DNA of 64,000 nucleotides from Bacteroidales bacterium (GTDB lineage Bacteria; Bacteroidota; Bacteroidia; Bacteroidales; UBA12077): NCBI GenBank assembly GCA_028282785.1, contig JANQHE010000061.1, positions 195,170 to 259,169 of the forward strand, read 5' to 3'. Shown piece by piece: positions 27,130 to 36,311 of this stretch (position 1 is its first letter; each line of letters starts with the position of its first letter). The notes under the pieces were generated by a model. It saw only the letters and a program-made list of their open reading frames with translations, ran no database searches and was not told where the DNA came from. The position numbers and the translations under genes were made by a program.

Positions 27130-28110
27130 ATGAAACAAACAGTAAAAATTGAAAAGACAATTCTTAAAGGAATTGAAAAAGAAAAAGCTCTTTTTGAGTT
27201 AAAAGATTATTTTAAACAAGGAATTAAGAAGAACCTAAACCTTTTGGAAGTAAGTGCGCCATTGTTTGTAACTTCCGGTACAGGCATTAATGATGATTTA
27301 AACGGAGTTGAAAAACCTGTTAGATTTATAGCTAAATCCTATCCGGATAGAAAACTGGAAATAGTTCAATCTTTAGCCAAATGGAAAAGATTAAAAATAA
27401 GCGATCTGCAACTACCCATTGGAGAAGGGATCATAACAGATATGAAAGCCTTGCGCCCTGATGAAATCATAAGCCCGATACACTCAATTTATGTGGACCA
27501 GTGGGATTGGGAAAAAAGAATATCTAAACCGGAAAGAAATCTGGGTTATTTGAAATCAACCGTGCAAAGTATTTATAAGTCGATGAAAGAAGCCGAGGAA
27601 TATATTTCCGGTTTATTTCCTTTTATTAAACCATTCTTGCCCGCAGATATAACTTTCATACATTCCGAGGAACTTCAATACAGGTATCCTAAGTTAACCC
27701 CTAAAGAAAGAGAAGATGTGGTAGCCAGGGACCACGGTGCGGTTTTTATAATAGGAATCGGGCACGAACTAACAGATGGTGTTCCACATGATCTAAGGGC
27801 GCCGGATTATGATGATTGGTCAACTCAAACCGGCCCTTCGTACAGAGGATTAAATGGAGATATAATTGTATGGAACCCGCTCTTAAAAGGTGCATTTGAA
27901 ATTTCGTCGATGGGAGTTAGGGTAGATAAAAAATCGTTATTGAAACAGCTTAAAATTACTCGAACGGATTACCGAACTGATTTATCATTTCATAAGAAAT
28001 TATTAAATGACGAATTACCCTTTACGATTGGTGGCGGAATTGGACAATCAAGACTGGCAATGCTTTTATTAAAACAAAAACACATATACGAAGTACAATC
28101 TATGATTTAA
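27130..28110 (+). CDS. asnA: Aspartate--ammonia ligase (asparagine synthetase A)
   Basis: Collinear with E. coli AsnA as I remember it: [63 protein letters not shown]. Confidence 0.95.
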   Translation: MKQTVKIEKTILKGIEKEKALFELKDYFKQGIKKNLNLLEVSAPLFVTSGTGINDDLNGVEKPVRFIAKSYPDRKLEIVQSLAKWKRLKISDLQLPIGEGIITDMKALRPDEIISPIHSIYVDQWDWEKRISKPERNLGYLKSTVQSIYKSMKEAEEYISGLFPFIKPFLPADITFIHSEELQYRYPKLTPKEREDVVARDHGAVFIIGIGHELTDGVPHDLRAPDYDDWSTQTGPSYRGLNGDIIVWNPLLKGAFEISSMGVRVDKKSLLKQLKITRTDYRTDLSFHKKLLNDELPFTIGGGIGQSRLAMLLLKQKHIYEVQSMI

Positions 28111-28288
28111 TCAGACGTTCATGTTGCTCAAACCATACATACTTGTGAAACCTGCTTTTTGCAGGTTTTCTTTTATGATAAAAAGATGGCGCTGAAAAAT
28201 ATGATAAAAAATGATCATGTCCAAAGTCAATACCTTCCAATTTGTTTTATGATTATTTATAAAAATTGTAAATTCACGAAACAAAATG
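27981..28288 (+). repeat. Direct repeat, left copy (asnA 3' end plus 178 bp downstream, including the terminator)
   Basis: Aligns by hand with 31356..31668 with about 25 substitutions and two small indels. The last 88 bp differ at a single position. Confidence 0.9.
28148..28174 (+). terminator. asnA terminator
   Basis: Stem aaacctgc / gcaggttt with a ttttt loop and a T-rich tail. A second copy lies inside the right repeat, at about 31523..31553. Confidence 0.7.
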
Positions 28289-28731
28289 ACACATTTGTAG
28301 ATATGTCGCAAGGTAAACAAGCTTTTGTTATACTTAAATTATTGTTAGAGTTTAGCGATAAGAGTTGTCCTATATTAATTGATCAACCAGGGGATAGTTT
28401 GGACAACAGAGCTATTTATAATGAATTGGTCAAGTACTTAAAAGATAAGAAAAAGGAACGACAAATTATTTTGGTAACGCATAACCCGAATGTAGTTGTA
28501 AGTACCGAAGCCGAACAAATTATTGTTGCAAATCAAGAAGGGAAAGACTCTCCGAATGAAGCTGCATTGAAATTTCAATATGTTTTTGGTGCTTTAGAAT
28601 ATTCTAAACCAGAAGATAAGGACATGAAATTTGTTATTAAATCAAAAGGTATTCGTGAACATGTTTGTGAAATATTAGAAGATGGCGAAGATGCATTTAA
28701 ACAAAGAGAAAGAAAATATGCAATAAAGTAA
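28289..28731 (+). pseudogene. C-terminal fragment of an ABC/SMC-like ATPase, truncated at the repeat boundary
   Basis: Only the signature-like MSQGKQAF, the Walker B/D-loop ILIDQPGDSLD and the H-loop VTHNP remain. There is no Walker A. The part of the track ORF upstream of 28289 (28159..28288) is read-through of the repeat, not coding sequence. Confidence 0.65.
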
Positions 28732-28764
28732 CTTTACCCCTTCACCTCAGATAAAGATTAGATT

Positions 28765-29783
28765 ATGGAAGAAAATAAATCACAAATAATCATATATCAA
28801 ACCGAAAGCGGAGAAACAAAAATTGATGTGCGTTTTCAGGATGAAACAGTTTGGCTTACTCAAAAGTTTATGGCTGAATTGTTTCAGACAACGTCACAAA
28901 ACATTACTATTCACCTTAAAAACATATTCGAAGAAGTTGAATTAGAGGAAGATGCAACTTGTAAGGATTTTTTACAAGTTCAAAAAGAAGGTAACAGGGA
29001 AGTTAAACGTAAACAAAAATTTTACAACCTTGATGCTATTATTTCTGTTGGTTACCGAATAAAATCGCATGTGGCAACAAAGTTTCGTCAATGGGCTACC
29101 CAACATATTAAAGAATACATTGTAAAAGGTTTTGTGCTGGATGATGAAAGATTAAAAAATCCTGATTTGCCTTTCGATTATTTCGAAGAACTTGAAAGAC
29201 GAATCCAGGATATTCGCACATCTGAAAACGATTCTACCAAAAAATTACAAATATTTATGCGACAAGTGTTGATTACGACCCAACGCTTGATATTAGTATT
29301 GATTTCTTTAAAACAGTACAAAATAAACTACACTGGGCAATTACAGGTCATACAGCTGCGGAAATAATTAGCCAAAGAGCCGATAGTTCAAAAGATAATA
29401 TGGGCTTAACTAACTGGAGAGGTGATAAAATAAGAAAGGCTGATGTTTCCATAGCTAAAAATTATTTGAATGAAGAAGAATTAACCTCATTGAATAATTT
29501 AGTTGAACAATACTTGATTTTTGCACAAGGGCAAGCAATGAGACGAATCCCAATGTACATGAAAGATTGGATTGAAAAATTAAATGGATTCTTAACCTTG
29601 AATGACAGGGAAATTTTAAGTAACGCAGGTTCAATATCACACGCATTGGCAAAAGATAATGCCGAGAAGGAATATGAAAAATATAAGGACACTCAACAAA
29701 AAAAGATTACTGAAAGTGATTTTGAAAAAGTGATAAAAAAAATAGAAGGAAAGAAGAAAAATAAAAATGAATTGAACATTTAA
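28765..29783 (+). pseudogene. rhuM: RhuM-family gene with a single frameshift
   Basis: ORFs 28765..29367 and 29400..29783 match the N- and C-terminal parts of the intact paralog at 33952..34998. Shifting the frame by one at the A-run near 29225..29230 restores KRFYQKITNIYATSVDYD...HWAITGHTAAEII...MGLTNW. Confidence 0.85.
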
Positions 29784-29930
29784 GCGAAGTCTCCCACTCA
29801 CAAACAGCATATTGCAAATCGCGCAAGCTGATGCTAAAACCAAAATTTGCAAAAGAGTTGCTTTATGCCATCGCACAGGTGGAATTATGATTTATATCAA
29901 TTTAGTCAGGATAAAACTGACTATCTCTCT

Positions 29931-30752
29931 ATGAAGAATAAATATATATCAACTCAATCTAATAAAATCCTTTCCTATTTTAACCAATTGGGACAGGATT
30001 GTTTTGACTATTCCGAAGCAGTTCAGGCACTTCCAAAATCTAGCGACAGTGCACTGAAAGAGCTGCTTAGTGACATGGTTAAGCGAGGACTTTTGATGAG
30101 ATTAAAAAAAGGACTTTATCATATAATTCCCTATGAAAAAGAACCTGATAATTTTATGCCCGATTGGCATTTATTGGCTCAACCTCTCACTAAAGGAACC
30201 GAACATTATATTGGCTACTATTCTGCATTACATATTCACAACCTGATTACTCAGCCATCATTAAAAGAACAGATTGTTGTTGCCAAACAAATGCGACCAT
30301 CAACGTTGAAAATAAAAGACGTTAATTTTCAGTTCATCTATCATAATGAAAAACATTTCTTCGGGTTCAAAAAAATATGGATTGATAGTTTTAATAAGGT
30401 TTTATGTTCTGACCTGGAAAAAACATTCATTGATTGCCTTTTTAAACCTGATTATGCAGGTGGAATTGTTGAAATAGCAAGGGCAATTTACGCATCAAGA
30501 GATAAGATAAAATTTAAACGGTTATTGGAATATGCGGAGAAGTTCCAATCACAGGCAGTTATTAAAAGGTTAGGTTATACTCTTGAAGTGCTGGGAATTA
30601 AAACTGACATTATTGAGCAATTACAGAAACAGAAAACTTCATCTTATGTGTTGCTTGACACGGAGTTACCAAAAACGGGTAAAATGATAAGTCGTTGGAG
30701 TATCCAACAAAATTTAGAAACAGAAACGATTAAATCTGCAATTTACACATGA
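29931..30752 (+). CDS. AbiEi-like antitoxin / transcriptional regulator (COG5340-type)
   Basis: Pattern ...KRGLLMRLKKGLYHIIP...HYIGYYSALHIHNLITQ...LEKTFIDCL. The ATG at 29931 is preferred. Its stop overlaps the next gene's start (ATGA). Confidence 0.6.
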   Translation: MKNKYISTQSNKILSYFNQLGQDCFDYSEAVQALPKSSDSALKELLSDMVKRGLLMRLKKGLYHIIPYEKEPDNFMPDWHLLAQPLTKGTEHYIGYYSALHIHNLITQPSLKEQIVVAKQMRPSTLKIKDVNFQFIYHNEKHFFGFKKIWIDSFNKVLCSDLEKTFIDCLFKPDYAGGIVEIARAIYASRDKIKFKRLLEYAEKFQSQAVIKRLGYTLEVLGIKTDIIEQLQKQKTSSYVLLDTELPKTGKMISRWSIQQNLETETIKSAIYT

Positions 30753-31318
30753 TAAAACCGGGTGAAATACAAAATAAGGCACGTGAAACAGGTGTACGCG
30801 ACCAACAGATAGAAAAAGACTATGTAATATCGTGGATTTTACAAGGATTGACAAAACAGAAACAGCTAAGTGAAGAAATTGTTTTCAAAGGAGCTAATAA
30901 ACGCATTAAGGTTGATATATCAAGAACAGAAAAGTTGGAATTTGAACCTGTTGTTCGTGATGTGTTTTGTAATTATAGCGACCTTGAAGAACATCAACTA
31001 CTTTGTTATTCGCTTGAAGAAGTATTGGTTGAAAAACTTCGTTCGATTATGCAACGGATGCAGGTAAGAGACTTTTATGATATTTGGTACTTATTAGAGG
31101 TTCATGGGATGGAAATCGACTTTTTACTAAATGAATTTAAAGCGAAATGTGAGAACAAAAACGTTAATCCTTCGGAATTTGAGGCAAAACTTAAACAAAG
31201 ATTACCTCAATACAAAGGGCGTTGGCAAAAGTCAATGAAAGACCAAATAAAAGATCTGCCTGGTTTTGAGCAGGTAGAAAGAGAGCTAATGAGGTATTTA
31301 AGAAAATTGGAAATATGA
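30749..31318 (+). pseudogene. AbiEii/AbiGii-like nucleotidyltransferase toxin lacking its catalytic core (in-frame internal deletion)
   Basis: The N-terminal IEKDYVISWILQGL...IVFKG runs directly into the C-terminal half (YSLEEVLVEKLRSIMQR..RDFYDIWYL). The usual GGTAL...SEDLDF segment is absent, leaving 189 aa where members I recall are well over 200 aa. Confidence 0.5.
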
Positions 31319-31355
31319 GTAATATCTTAGATTTCATAGCAAAAGAAACTAATAG

Positions 31356-31668
31356 TTTATCATTTCATAAGAAATTATTAAACGATGAATTATCATTTAC
31401 TGTTGGTGGTGGAATTGGACAATCAAGGCTGGCAATGCTTTTATTAAAACAAAAACACATATCCGAAGTACAATCTATGATTTAATCGGACGTTCATGTT
31501 ATTCAAATCATACATGCCCGTGAAACCACCTGCTTTTTGCAGGTTTTCTTTTGTAATAAAAGGACGGTGCTGAAAAAAATATGATAAAAAATGATCATGT
31601 TCAAAGTCAATACCTTCCAATTTGTTTTATGATTATTTATAAAAATTGTAAATTCACGAAACAAAATG
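31356..31668 (+). repeat. Direct repeat, right copy (orphan asnA 3' end plus downstream)
   Basis: See the left copy. Positions 31356..31485 still encode the last ~42 AsnA codons in frame ([42 protein letters not shown], then a stop). Confidence 0.9.
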
Positions 31669-31775
31669 TGTTAAAAGAAATGTATCATCAATGTTGTTAT
31701 ATTCTCATATTAGCTAAGCAACATCAATGAATTTATACAATAGTTACAGGGCATTTAACTAAAGGAGACAATTCT

Positions 31776-33059
31776 ATGACTAATGATCAATTTTTTAAAA
31801 TTAAGTATATATACAATAAAATGACATTCATTATTATTGTATTAACGCTCATTTTTAACTCTAATATACTACTTGGACAAGAAAAAGAATCAATTGTTGA
31901 TTTTTATGAATACGTAAACAGGGATTGGTTGAAAAATACAACTCTTCCTGAAAATGTAAGCGTAGTTAATAATTGGGGCGCTCTTTGGAACGAAATAATT
32001 GATAAGTCGGTTGAAATACTCTCCAATGAAGTCCATTATGAGCTTGATGAAAATCATCAATATATACTGGTTCAGCTTCAAAATTTTTATAAAAGTACCG
32101 CTGAATATAGTACAAGTGAAAGAAAAAGAGTCTATCTCATTCAAAAGCATTATCCAATGCTATTTGGAGTTATTTTTTCAAAGATCACAATACCTAATGA
32201 AAAGGAAGAAAAGATTAAGGAATTAATAAAATATTTAACTTACGCTTACAGGGAGAAAATTAAAAATAGTAACCATATTGAAGAAAAAAATATTGATTTC
32301 TTTTTATCAAAATTAGACGATATACAATTTGTAATCGGTGCTCCGGAAATATCATATCTACCTAAAATGCCAAAACTTTTGGTTAATTCCTTAGAAAGGA
32401 ATATTCATTTATCAGAAGAATACCAGGCTAAAATAAAATCAGAAAAACCATATTGGGAATCACCTCCGTTTGAAACAGATTGTAGGTATAATTATAATGA
32501 TAATATCGTAAAAATATATGCAGGAACTTTATATGCATCTAATTTTTCTGATGAAAATAAAACTGCTGAATTATTTGCAACAATTGGAAGAACTATTGCA
32601 CATGAGATGACACATGCTTTTGATAGATCCGGAAAAAGATTTAATAAAAAGGATTGGAAAAGTATTAATAACTCCTTAATAAATCAATTTAGCCAATATA
32701 TGATTCAAGATATATATTTTGTGGATGGTAAATCAACTCTACAAGAGAATTTTGCAGACCTGGCTGGGGTAGAGGTTTCTTTGTTGGCTTTGAAACTTTT
32801 TTTGAAAGATAAATCATCTCAATATTCAGAAAAGGATAAGTATGATGCTATTAGAGGTTACTTTTTAGCATATACTGAATTTTGGAAAGAAAAAGCCACT
32901 CCGGAATTTGAAATATCTACCTTAAAAAGATTTCATACACCGCAAAAATATAGAGCTATCGGTCCAATATACAATCAAGATGAATTTTATGAAGCTTTCG
33001 AAATTGACAAAGAATCTAAATATTATATATCTGATAATATGAGAATTAGTATTTGGTAA
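31776..33059 (+). CDS. M13 (neprilysin/PepO) family metallopeptidase, short form
   Basis: HEMTHAFD (HExxH), ENFADLAGV, and a C-terminal ...ISIW. The N-terminal domain is shorter than in typical M13 enzymes. A signal-like segment begins at the second Met (31821). Confidence 0.7.
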   Translation: MTNDQFFKIKYIYNKMTFIIIVLTLIFNSNILLGQEKESIVDFYEYVNRDWLKNTTLPENVSVVNNWGALWNEIIDKSVEILSNEVHYELDENHQYILVQLQNFYKSTAEYSTSERKRVYLIQKHYPMLFGVIFSKITIPNEKEEKIKELIKYLTYAYREKIKNSNHIEEKNIDFFLSKLDDIQFVIGAPEISYLPKMPKLLVNSLERNIHLSEEYQAKIKSEKPYWESPPFETDCRYNYNDNIVKIYAGTLYASNFSDENKTAELFATIGRTIAHEMTHAFDRSGKRFNKKDWKSINNSLINQFSQYMIQDIYFVDGKSTLQENFADLAGVEVSLLALKLFLKDKSSQYSEKDKYDAIRGYFLAYTEFWKEKATPEFEISTLKRFHTPQKYRAIGPIYNQDEFYEAFEIDKESKYYISDNMRISIW

Positions 33060-33335
33060 TATTAAAATTTTCGTGTTATCACAAAAACGCCCTATAACAA
33101 ATTGTAATCGAAATGCTAACAAACCTATTTTCCGCAAGGGCAGCAAGTTCAATTAGCCCCGCAAATTTAATTTCTTCACAGAAATCAAGTTTGTTTTTAA
33201 GGTGTGCAAAAATTAAATTCGCTACATACAAAATGGATAAGAAAGTGTAAGTAATTTCGCACTACACATACAAGTGGCTGTTATAACACATTAGGTAAAC
33301 CGATAAATGAGTACTGGAACCCAAAAGATAAAAAT

Positions 33336-33716
33336 ATGATAAACTACATAGACGGCTTCGTTCTTCCAATTCCTCGAATTTATTTGGAAGAATACAAAAA
33401 AGTGGCCGAAAAAGTAGCCGAAATCTGGAAAGAGTATGGTGCAATTGCTTACTTCGAATTCGTTGGCGATGATTTGTCTTTAGAAGGCACAAAATCTTTT
33501 ATAGAAACCGTAGATGCAAAAGAAGACGAGGAAATTGTATTTGGTTGGGTTGTTTTTCCTTCAAAAGAGATACGTGATTTAGCCAACAAAAAAGTTCCTT
33601 CAGACCCAAGAATGACGGAATTAGTCGCACCCTTAACAGATACAAATAAGTTAATATTTGATGCCAGCAGAATGGTTTATGGAGGGTTTCAACCACTTGT
33701 ACAATCGAATGAATAG
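33336..33716 (+). CDS. DUF1428-like protein
   Basis: 126 aa with N-terminus YIDGFVLPIP...YKKVAEKVAEIWKEYGA, recognised by eye. Confidence 0.55.
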   Translation: MINYIDGFVLPIPRIYLEEYKKVAEKVAEIWKEYGAIAYFEFVGDDLSLEGTKSFIETVDAKEDEEIVFGWVVFPSKEIRDLANKKVPSDPRMTELVAPLTDTNKLIFDASRMVYGGFQPLVQSNE

Positions 33717-33780
33717 GTGTAAATATAAGACAAAAACGTGTACAGGTAATAGCAGAAGATGTGGTGAATATTAAAGTTTG

Positions 33781-33822
33781 TAGCCCCTGCCTTTACTGCG
33801 TTTCGGCAGGCAGGCGCTCAAA
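33781..33822 (+). repeat. CCTGCC/GGCAGG hairpin element (inverted orientation, expanded loop)
   Basis: cccctgcc-tttactgcgtttc-ggcaggcagg. Its reverse complement resembles the elements at 41735..41785 and 42213..42253. Confidence 0.5.
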
Positions 33823-33951
33823 CTTCATAAAGGTTTGACAGGAAATTGCCCGTCAGTCGGATACTATTCTTATAATCACAGGTGTACCCAATGCAAGAAA
33901 AATAGTGCAAGTTGAAAAACTGTATATTTGTAATATCGAAAATGATACAGA

Positions 33952-34998
33952 ATGACAGATAAAAGTTCAAAAGATAAAAAATTACAAATAAGAAATAGCA
34001 CGGCTGAATTTTTGGTGTTTACTAATCAAAACAAGACTTCTACAATTGAAGTCCGATATGAGGATGAATCAATTTGGTTAAGTCAAAAATTAATGGCAGA
34101 ATTATTTAATGTAGAAGTTAATACTATTAATTATCACCTTAAAGAAATATATAAAAGTTCTGAAATTCAAGAAGATGGAACTATTCGAAAATTTCGAATA
34201 GTTCAGCAGGAAGGGAAAAGACAAGTCAATCGTGATATAGATTTTTATAATTTAGATGCTATTATATCTGTAGGATACCGTGTAAATTCGATTAGAGCTA
34301 CTCAATTTAGGCAGTGGGCAACACAGGTTTTAAGAGAATATGCAATCAAAGGATATGTTCTTGATAAGAAACGAATGGAGAACGGAGCTTTCTTAGATGA
34401 AGACTATTTTGAGCATTTACTTGAAGAAATCAGAGAAATTCGATTAAGTGAACGCCGTTTCTATCAAAAAATCACAGACATTTATACGACAAGTATTGAC
34501 TATAACAATGATGCTCCTACAACAAAAGAATTTTTTGCAAAGGTTCAAAATAAGTTACATTATGCAATTCATAGCAATACGGCAGCTGAACTAATTGTTA
34601 AAAGAGCAGACAGCAAAAAGGAACACATGGGATTGACCTCATGGAAAAACAGTCCGAAAGGTAAGATTTTGAAAAGTGATGTTTCAATTGCCAAAAATTA
34701 TTTGAGCCAAGATGAATTGGAATCATTAGGTCGAATTGTTAATGCCTATTTAGATTTAGCAGAAGAAAGAGCCAGACGAAAAATTCCAATGACAATGGAA
34801 GATTGGGCAAAAAGGCTTGATTTGTTTTTGCAATTTGACGACAGAAAAATACTTCAAAATGCCGGGACAATAGGTGCAGAAATTGCCAAAATACACGCAG
34901 AAAGTGAATTTGAAAAATATCGAATTATCCAGGACCAGCTTTACCAATCTGACTTTGATAACCTGATAAACAAATTGGATGAACCTCATAATGAATAG
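33952..34998 (+). CDS. rhuM: RhuM-family protein (intact)
   Basis: 348 aa. Motifs FYNLDAIISVGYRVNS..ATQFRQWAT and RFYQKITDIY. Paralog of the frameshifted copy at 28765..29783. Confidence 0.8.
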   Translation: MTDKSSKDKKLQIRNSTAEFLVFTNQNKTSTIEVRYEDESIWLSQKLMAELFNVEVNTINYHLKEIYKSSEIQEDGTIRKFRIVQQEGKRQVNRDIDFYNLDAIISVGYRVNSIRATQFRQWATQVLREYAIKGYVLDKKRMENGAFLDEDYFEHLLEEIREIRLSERRFYQKITDIYTTSIDYNNDAPTTKEFFAKVQNKLHYAIHSNTAAELIVKRADSKKEHMGLTSWKNSPKGKILKSDVSIAKNYLSQDELESLGRIVNAYLDLAEERARRKIPMTMEDWAKRLDLFLQFDDRKILQNAGTIGAEIAKIHAESEFEKYRIIQDQLYQSDFDNLINKLDEPHNE

Positions 34999-35241
34999 GC
35001 ACTAGGCACAACACACGTTAAACAAAATTGCGCAGATTGTTTTAAATTCGGCCATAGCAATAATTAACAAAACATGTAACGGCTGGATAGGTAATCATTC
35101 CAAAACGTGCAACTTTGCTTAACGCTAACCATTGAAAACAAAATATAAAAGAAAAGTATAAAATTTGAACTTATTGGCGGTGAAGTTACCAGCGTGTTTA
35201 AATCTGCGGTAGCAAAATTCCCAAATGCTATAAACCTGGAG

Positions 35242-35838
35242 CTACCTGGCCATTTCCTTTACTTCCGGCATTTTATCCAAAGATGATTTTATCATTAATA
35301 ACCGTTGGTTTATATTAATTAAGCGAATATCTATTTTTATAGGTTTTAAGATTTCCAGTTCTTCGTCTTTTAAATGAGAAAGTTCCCTCAGTACCTGTAT
35401 TTTAGTTACAACAAAGGAAATAGCTTGTAAAATATTCTCGTAAATAAATTTACCTTTAACCAGTCTTTCCTGCCCGTCTTCTAACTTTAAAAGTTTTCTT
35501 TCGCGATTTTTAACTTGTCCCTGTTTCTGAAGTTTTTCATATAGATTGGATTTATTTGTATCATCTTCTTTATAAAATATAGCTTCGGAAACATTTGTAC
35601 TTAAAAGTTTTATTAATGATTTAATATTTGGATCATTTGGATTTAGTGATTTATACGCCTTAAAATCTATTACATTTAAGATTTCAAGATTACCTAAAAC
35701 CTCCAAATATAGTAATCTTAAGAAAGTAGTTGTATCTTTTTTGATTTGCTTATACTTGTCAATCTTATCAATAAGTTTATCAATAAGATTTAATGAGTTT
35801 TCAGCTATTTCCAGACCAGTACTTATTGGATTAGTCAT
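35242..35838 (-). CDS. Hypothetical soluble protein (helical or coiled-coil by composition)
   Basis: 198-aa ORF starting 4 nt after the upstream membrane-protein gene. No recognisable motifs. Confidence 0.45.
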   Translation of the reverse strand: MTNPISTGLEIAENSLNLIDKLIDKIDKYKQIKKDTTTFLRLLYLEVLGNLEILNVIDFKAYKSLNPNDPNIKSLIKLLSTNVSEAIFYKEDDTNKSNLYEKLQKQGQVKNRERKLLKLEDGQERLVKGKFIYENILQAISFVVTKIQVLRELSHLKDEELEILKPIKIDIRLININQRLLMIKSSLDKMPEVKEMAR

Positions 35839-35842
35839 AACA

Positions 35843-36256
35843 TTATCTTTTTGTGAGGTATTTTTTACTATAAATAAATATGCCTAAAATAAACATGGGC
35901 CATCCTATTCTAAAATGTTTACCCATGTAATTCCCTTGTATATCCTCTAATATACTTGTAAATTCAAAAAATGTAACAATTATTGCAATTCCGGTAAACA
36001 TCAGTGCAGGTTTAAATATTTCCGGTGATCTTACCTTGTTTGTATTTATTACTCCAAAAAAGATAAAAAGTAAGTACCCTAAAATAACAGATGTAAGTTG
36101 GGTTACAGGAGAAGATTTACCGGCATAATCAGCTAAAGGAAGCAATTTGATTGAAAAGCCATGATATACAAATCCATCATTCAGGTTGAATGTAAATATG
36201 AATATTTGTGAAAATAATAAACCTAAAATTAAAAGCGTAAAAGATAGTTTTTTCAT
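35843..36256 (-). CDS. Hypothetical small membrane protein (about 4 TM helices)
   Basis: 137-aa hydrophobic ORF, 55 nt downstream of the ABC-2 permease gene on the same strand. Confidence 0.45.
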   Translation of the reverse strand: MKKLSFTLLILGLLFSQIFIFTFNLNDGFVYHGFSIKLLPLADYAGKSSPVTQLTSVILGYLLFIFFGVINTNKVRSPEIFKPALMFTGIAIIVTFFEFTSILEDIQGNYMGKHFRIGWPMFILGIFIYSKKYLTKR

Positions 36257-36311
36257 TATATCCGAATTTAACTTCGAAAATAATAAAAATAATTAGTGTT
36301 GGTTTGAATTA

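Larger units (their letters stand above)
28289..31355 (+). mobile_element. Decayed accessory insertion bounded by the asnA-3' direct repeats; no integrase present
   Basis: It lies exactly between the two repeat copies. Three of its four gene units are visibly damaged (a truncated ATPase, a frameshifted rhuM and an internally deleted AbiEii-like gene). Confidence 0.6.

Noticed and set aside
28159-28302. N-terminal extension of the ATPase-fragment ORF as given in the track.
   Set aside because: This part is the asnA-downstream repeat, which is present again at 31530..31668 without any downstream ATPase sequence. It therefore reads as a chance open frame, not coding sequence.
28289-35241. Possible integron-like cassette array. 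Accessory genes all lie on the plus strand and are separated by 100-275-bp spacers containing imperfect palindromes, for example ttgcaaat/atttgcaa at 29812..29852.
   Set aside because: There is no integron integrase. I could find no convincing RYYYAAC/GTTRRRY core sites and no shared attC-like architecture between spacers. The palindromes are short and AT-rich. I cannot support the idea from the sequence alone.
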